Shown here one piece after another: positions 47,333-50,165 of a stretch of 50,165 nt of DNA. This DNA is from Macrostomum lignano (taxonomy: Eukaryota). How positions within the stretch are numbered: the first letter of the stretch is position 1; each line of letters opens with the position of its first letter. The position numbers were made by a program, and so were the translations under genes. Location: contig NIVC01004331.1 in NCBI GenBank assembly GCA_002269645.1, forward strand, positions 18,179 to 68,343. Reading direction: 5' to 3'. The notes beneath the pieces were generated by a model that ran no database searches, was not told the DNA's origin, and saw only the letters and a program-made list of their open reading frames with translations.

Positions 47333-47667
47333 TGTGTGCACCCTGGCGCACTTTAAGCGACATAGGCACACAACCGGCGAGAGGCATTACTGCCCATTCC
47401 GCCGACTCCCCTGAGCAGGCATACAAGCGCGCGGATACGTACGCAGGCACACACTCACACAGGAGTGTACAGCGGCCCTAACTTTATATTATCGTTAGGC
47501 ATGTACAATTCACTGCGCCTTGGGGGTGGCTCTAAAGGGCGTTAATTGCACGAGCAGAGCCAAGCCGAGATTCCAATTCAGCCCCAAATTAATGTGACTG
47601 CACTTGGAATCGAGCCTGGGTCGCTGGCACACCAGAGCCTGCGCTAGACCGCTGGGCTACGGCCCCC
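47333..47667 (-). mobile_element. tRNA-derived SINE, family A, copy 2
   Basis: A and B boxes at the 47667 end; colinear with 3148-3443, with two small insertions. Confidence 0.8.
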
Positions 47668-48508
47668 TGAGCTGTTGAGTTTTGAACTTCTCCGCTGAGA
47701 GGAAGTGTCACAGCATGCATTGATTTTGGCGCCCAATTCAGACACCCAGTTTATAACTTATATTGTTGATAAAATTGGATGAAAGCAATTTTCCAAAGCG
47801 ACACAGCACAACAAGAAAGCCCTACACAGTGCCAATTGTTGACTTAGGAATCCTGCAGCGAATATGAGCATCTCCTATGATAATTGATGCTGGTTTCCTT
47901 TATCTTGCAAATAATATACGTATATAAAATTGGAGTCATCAAATATTTCACTTGTTATTGAATTAATGAATAATTAATTAAACAACAAAATAAGGGTAGA
48001 AATAAATGAAAATAAATTCTTCTTCTTACATAATTTTAATACATAGATAGACAAAAGCATAAATTCCATTCTTTTGCAAACACTCAATAACAACAAATAT
48101 GCATAATAGTCTAAACTATTAGACAATAAAAAACTATAAATATGAAAAATAGTCAACAAAATGACTAATTCAGTTAAATTATTTGCAACTCAATTAAGTT
48201 TTTTTTGCAAATATGTGCCACCGCCATGGACGAAAGATGACTAATTGTTGTGCGTGAAAGATGACACGAATGTAAAGATGACGGACAAAAAGTAGGTAAT
48301 CTGGATAATGCCAAAAACTGCAGTCTAGAAAGTGAATTCAACTTAGAGGAAATTAAACGCCAATAAAAAGTAGCCTGAAATCGCAGGAAAAAATATTTGA
48401 GTCTTCAATCTGATTTTTGTCAAGTCACCTCATCAATAAATTAAATTTGACTTAGAATTTGGGTTAACTGCTAACAGCGAGGTTAAGAAGCATCACAGAG
48501 TCACCACA

Positions 48509-48550
48509 TTTGGCCATAGACTATATCTTTGTCAATAGTCTATGGCCAAA
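48509..48550. repeat. Perfect 16-bp inverted repeat (hairpin) with a 10-nt loop
   Basis: tttggccatagactat-atctttgtca-atagtctatggccaaa. Confidence 0.9.
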
Positions 48551-48736
48551 AGGTATATCTTGTTAATACTGAAGTAGTCTATGTCTAAAAGACACAGGGT
48601 GTACGGCGGCCCTGACTTTTAATTGTCGAATTTTCGAATTGTACAAGGGGTTGTATAACCAGACAGATTTGATCACACAGCAAATCAGAAGTCCATGGCT
48701 ACTACTATATTGTTATAACCCCAACATATTTGAATT

Positions 48737-49222
48737 TTAGCAGCAAGAAAAGAAAGGCCGTTTATAATACTTGGCACGATAAGTGAATGGCTGCTGCTGA
48801 TGCTGTTGATCGTCCGACGCGTTTGAACCGGAAGCGCCGGTCCGGGATCGAGTCCGCTCCATAGTGAGCACGGGCAGCTGTACTAACTGCACAGGACTGA
48901 GACAGTCGCGCATTGCTTTTGTCAGATTGAGCGCCTGGCCTCGCAGTACGTCCATCTGGCGCTCACAGGTGGCCCGATCGTAGCCCCGGTCGGTGCGAAA
49001 CAGGCACACCAGCTCATCGCATAGCGATTGAACAAAGCGCATATCGGCTAGGCGGGGCAGCACCAATTCTTTGATTCGATCGCTGAATGGCGCCTTCGCC
49101 TGCGGCAGCCAGGCCCAATGAAACGGATAGGCGCGCCATTGGTCCGGATGTTTAAACGGAAATGCCAGGCCGTTGTCTATTGCGGCTAAGCTGATCTTGG
49201 GTTGTTGGACTATGCCCCAGTC
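48737..49222 (-). CDS. PI4K2: Phosphatidylinositol 4-kinase type II, terminal exon
   Basis: aag|DWGIVQQPKISLAAIDNGLAFPFKHPDQWRAYPFHWAWLPQAK..LRGQALNL..SPVQLVQLP..RPFFSCC*. Confidence 0.96.
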   Translation of the reverse strand, partial: DWGIVQQPKISLAAIDNGLAFPFKHPDQWRAYPFHWAWLPQAKAPFSDRIKELVLPRLADMRFVQSLCDELVCLFRTDRGYDRATCERQMDVLRGQALNLTKAMRDCLSPVQLVQLPVLTMERTRSRTGASGSNASDDQQHQQQPFTYRAKYYKRPFFSCC

Positions 49223-49275
49223 CTTTCAACGGAGTGCCGGGTTGTGAATTCATTTAGTGGCATGGCTTAGTTAAC

Positions 49276-49482
49276 AGTCTATGGCCAAAAGGCATATCTT
49301 TTATCGATAGTCTATGGCCAAAAGGCATATATTCTTTCATTAGTCTATGGCCAAAAAGAAAATATCTTTTATCAATAGTCTATTGCCAAAAGGCATATCT
49401 TTCATCAATAGGCTATGGCCAAAAGCTATCTTTATCGATAGTCTATGGCTAAAAGGCATACATTTTATCAATAGTCTATGGC
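49276..49482. repeat. 33-bp minisatellite agtctatggccaaaaggcatatcttttatcgat in the last PI4K2 intron
   Basis: Six degenerate units plus a partial one. Confidence 0.88.
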
Positions 49483-49553
49483 AATGGTTTACTAGATTTT
49501 TCTGTCTAAAGTAGCATATTTAGTGCATACTTTTAATCTAATCGAATGCTTAC

Positions 49554-49828
<275 letters not shown>

Positions 49829-50001
49829 TTAGGCGCTGGGTGAAATATGAGCTACTGAACTCAATTATTGAGCTCCTATTACGTATTGATAAAAAGAAAG
49901 AATGATAACCTACTAAATAAGAGTTTTCAGGCTTTTTCAATGCTACTAACGAGTAGTTAACAGGAGAAAAACAGCATTATTATATCAATACAGAAAACAA
50001 C

Positions 50002-50131
50002 CTTAGGCGGCAGATTGATTCGATGAAATCGCCGGCCAACGCTGGCAGCCGGGTAGCCAGATTGCGTTTAGTCCGAGCTTTCACTCGATCAACAGGGTAT
50101 AGTTGAACACTTCGCAGGCTAACCGGACAAC
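50002..50131 (-). CDS. PI4K2: PI4K2 internal exon; two apparent 1-bp deletions (about 50096 and 50036)
   Basis: caag|VVRLACEVFNYT(P)VDRVKARTKRNLATRLPAL(G)RRFHRINLPPK|gttgtt; 130+2 = 132 bp = 44 codons. The gene continues beyond the window. Confidence 0.88.
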
Positions 50132-50165
50132 CTTGAATAAATTATTAAAAGTAAGCGATGGTGTC

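Overview
Intron-rich animal genomic DNA. GC-rich Ala/Gln/Ser-rich exons and minisatellite-filled introns suggest a Macrostomum-like flatworm; this is inference only. Three minus-strand genes were rebuilt exon by exon with GT-AG junctions and consistent phases: (1) a Hippo/MST (STK3/4) kinase, 4 exons, 16743-12677, about 515 aa; (2) TMEM131, 13 exons, 43759-23606, about 1694 aa after restoring one missing base; (3) the last three exons of a type II PI4-kinase, 50131-48737. A plus-strand intronless orphan ORF (44923-46163, about 413 aa after restoring one base) lies head-to-head with TMEM131. About 20 tandem arrays, mostly 18-29 bp units, fill introns up to the splice signals. Several carry a palindromic transcription-factor motif in each unit (RFX X-box, STAT/GAS-like, E-box). 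The AT-rich block upstream of Hippo holds several hAT-type non-autonomous elements with 8-bp TSDs. The most striking object is a hAT MITE, present as two inverted copies, that carries the 28S rRNA H69-H71 segment (the R2/I-PpoI target region) with the cut site itself mutated. Five single-base homopolymer deletions in coding regions look like long-read consensus errors. No gene could be identified in 1-11 kb.
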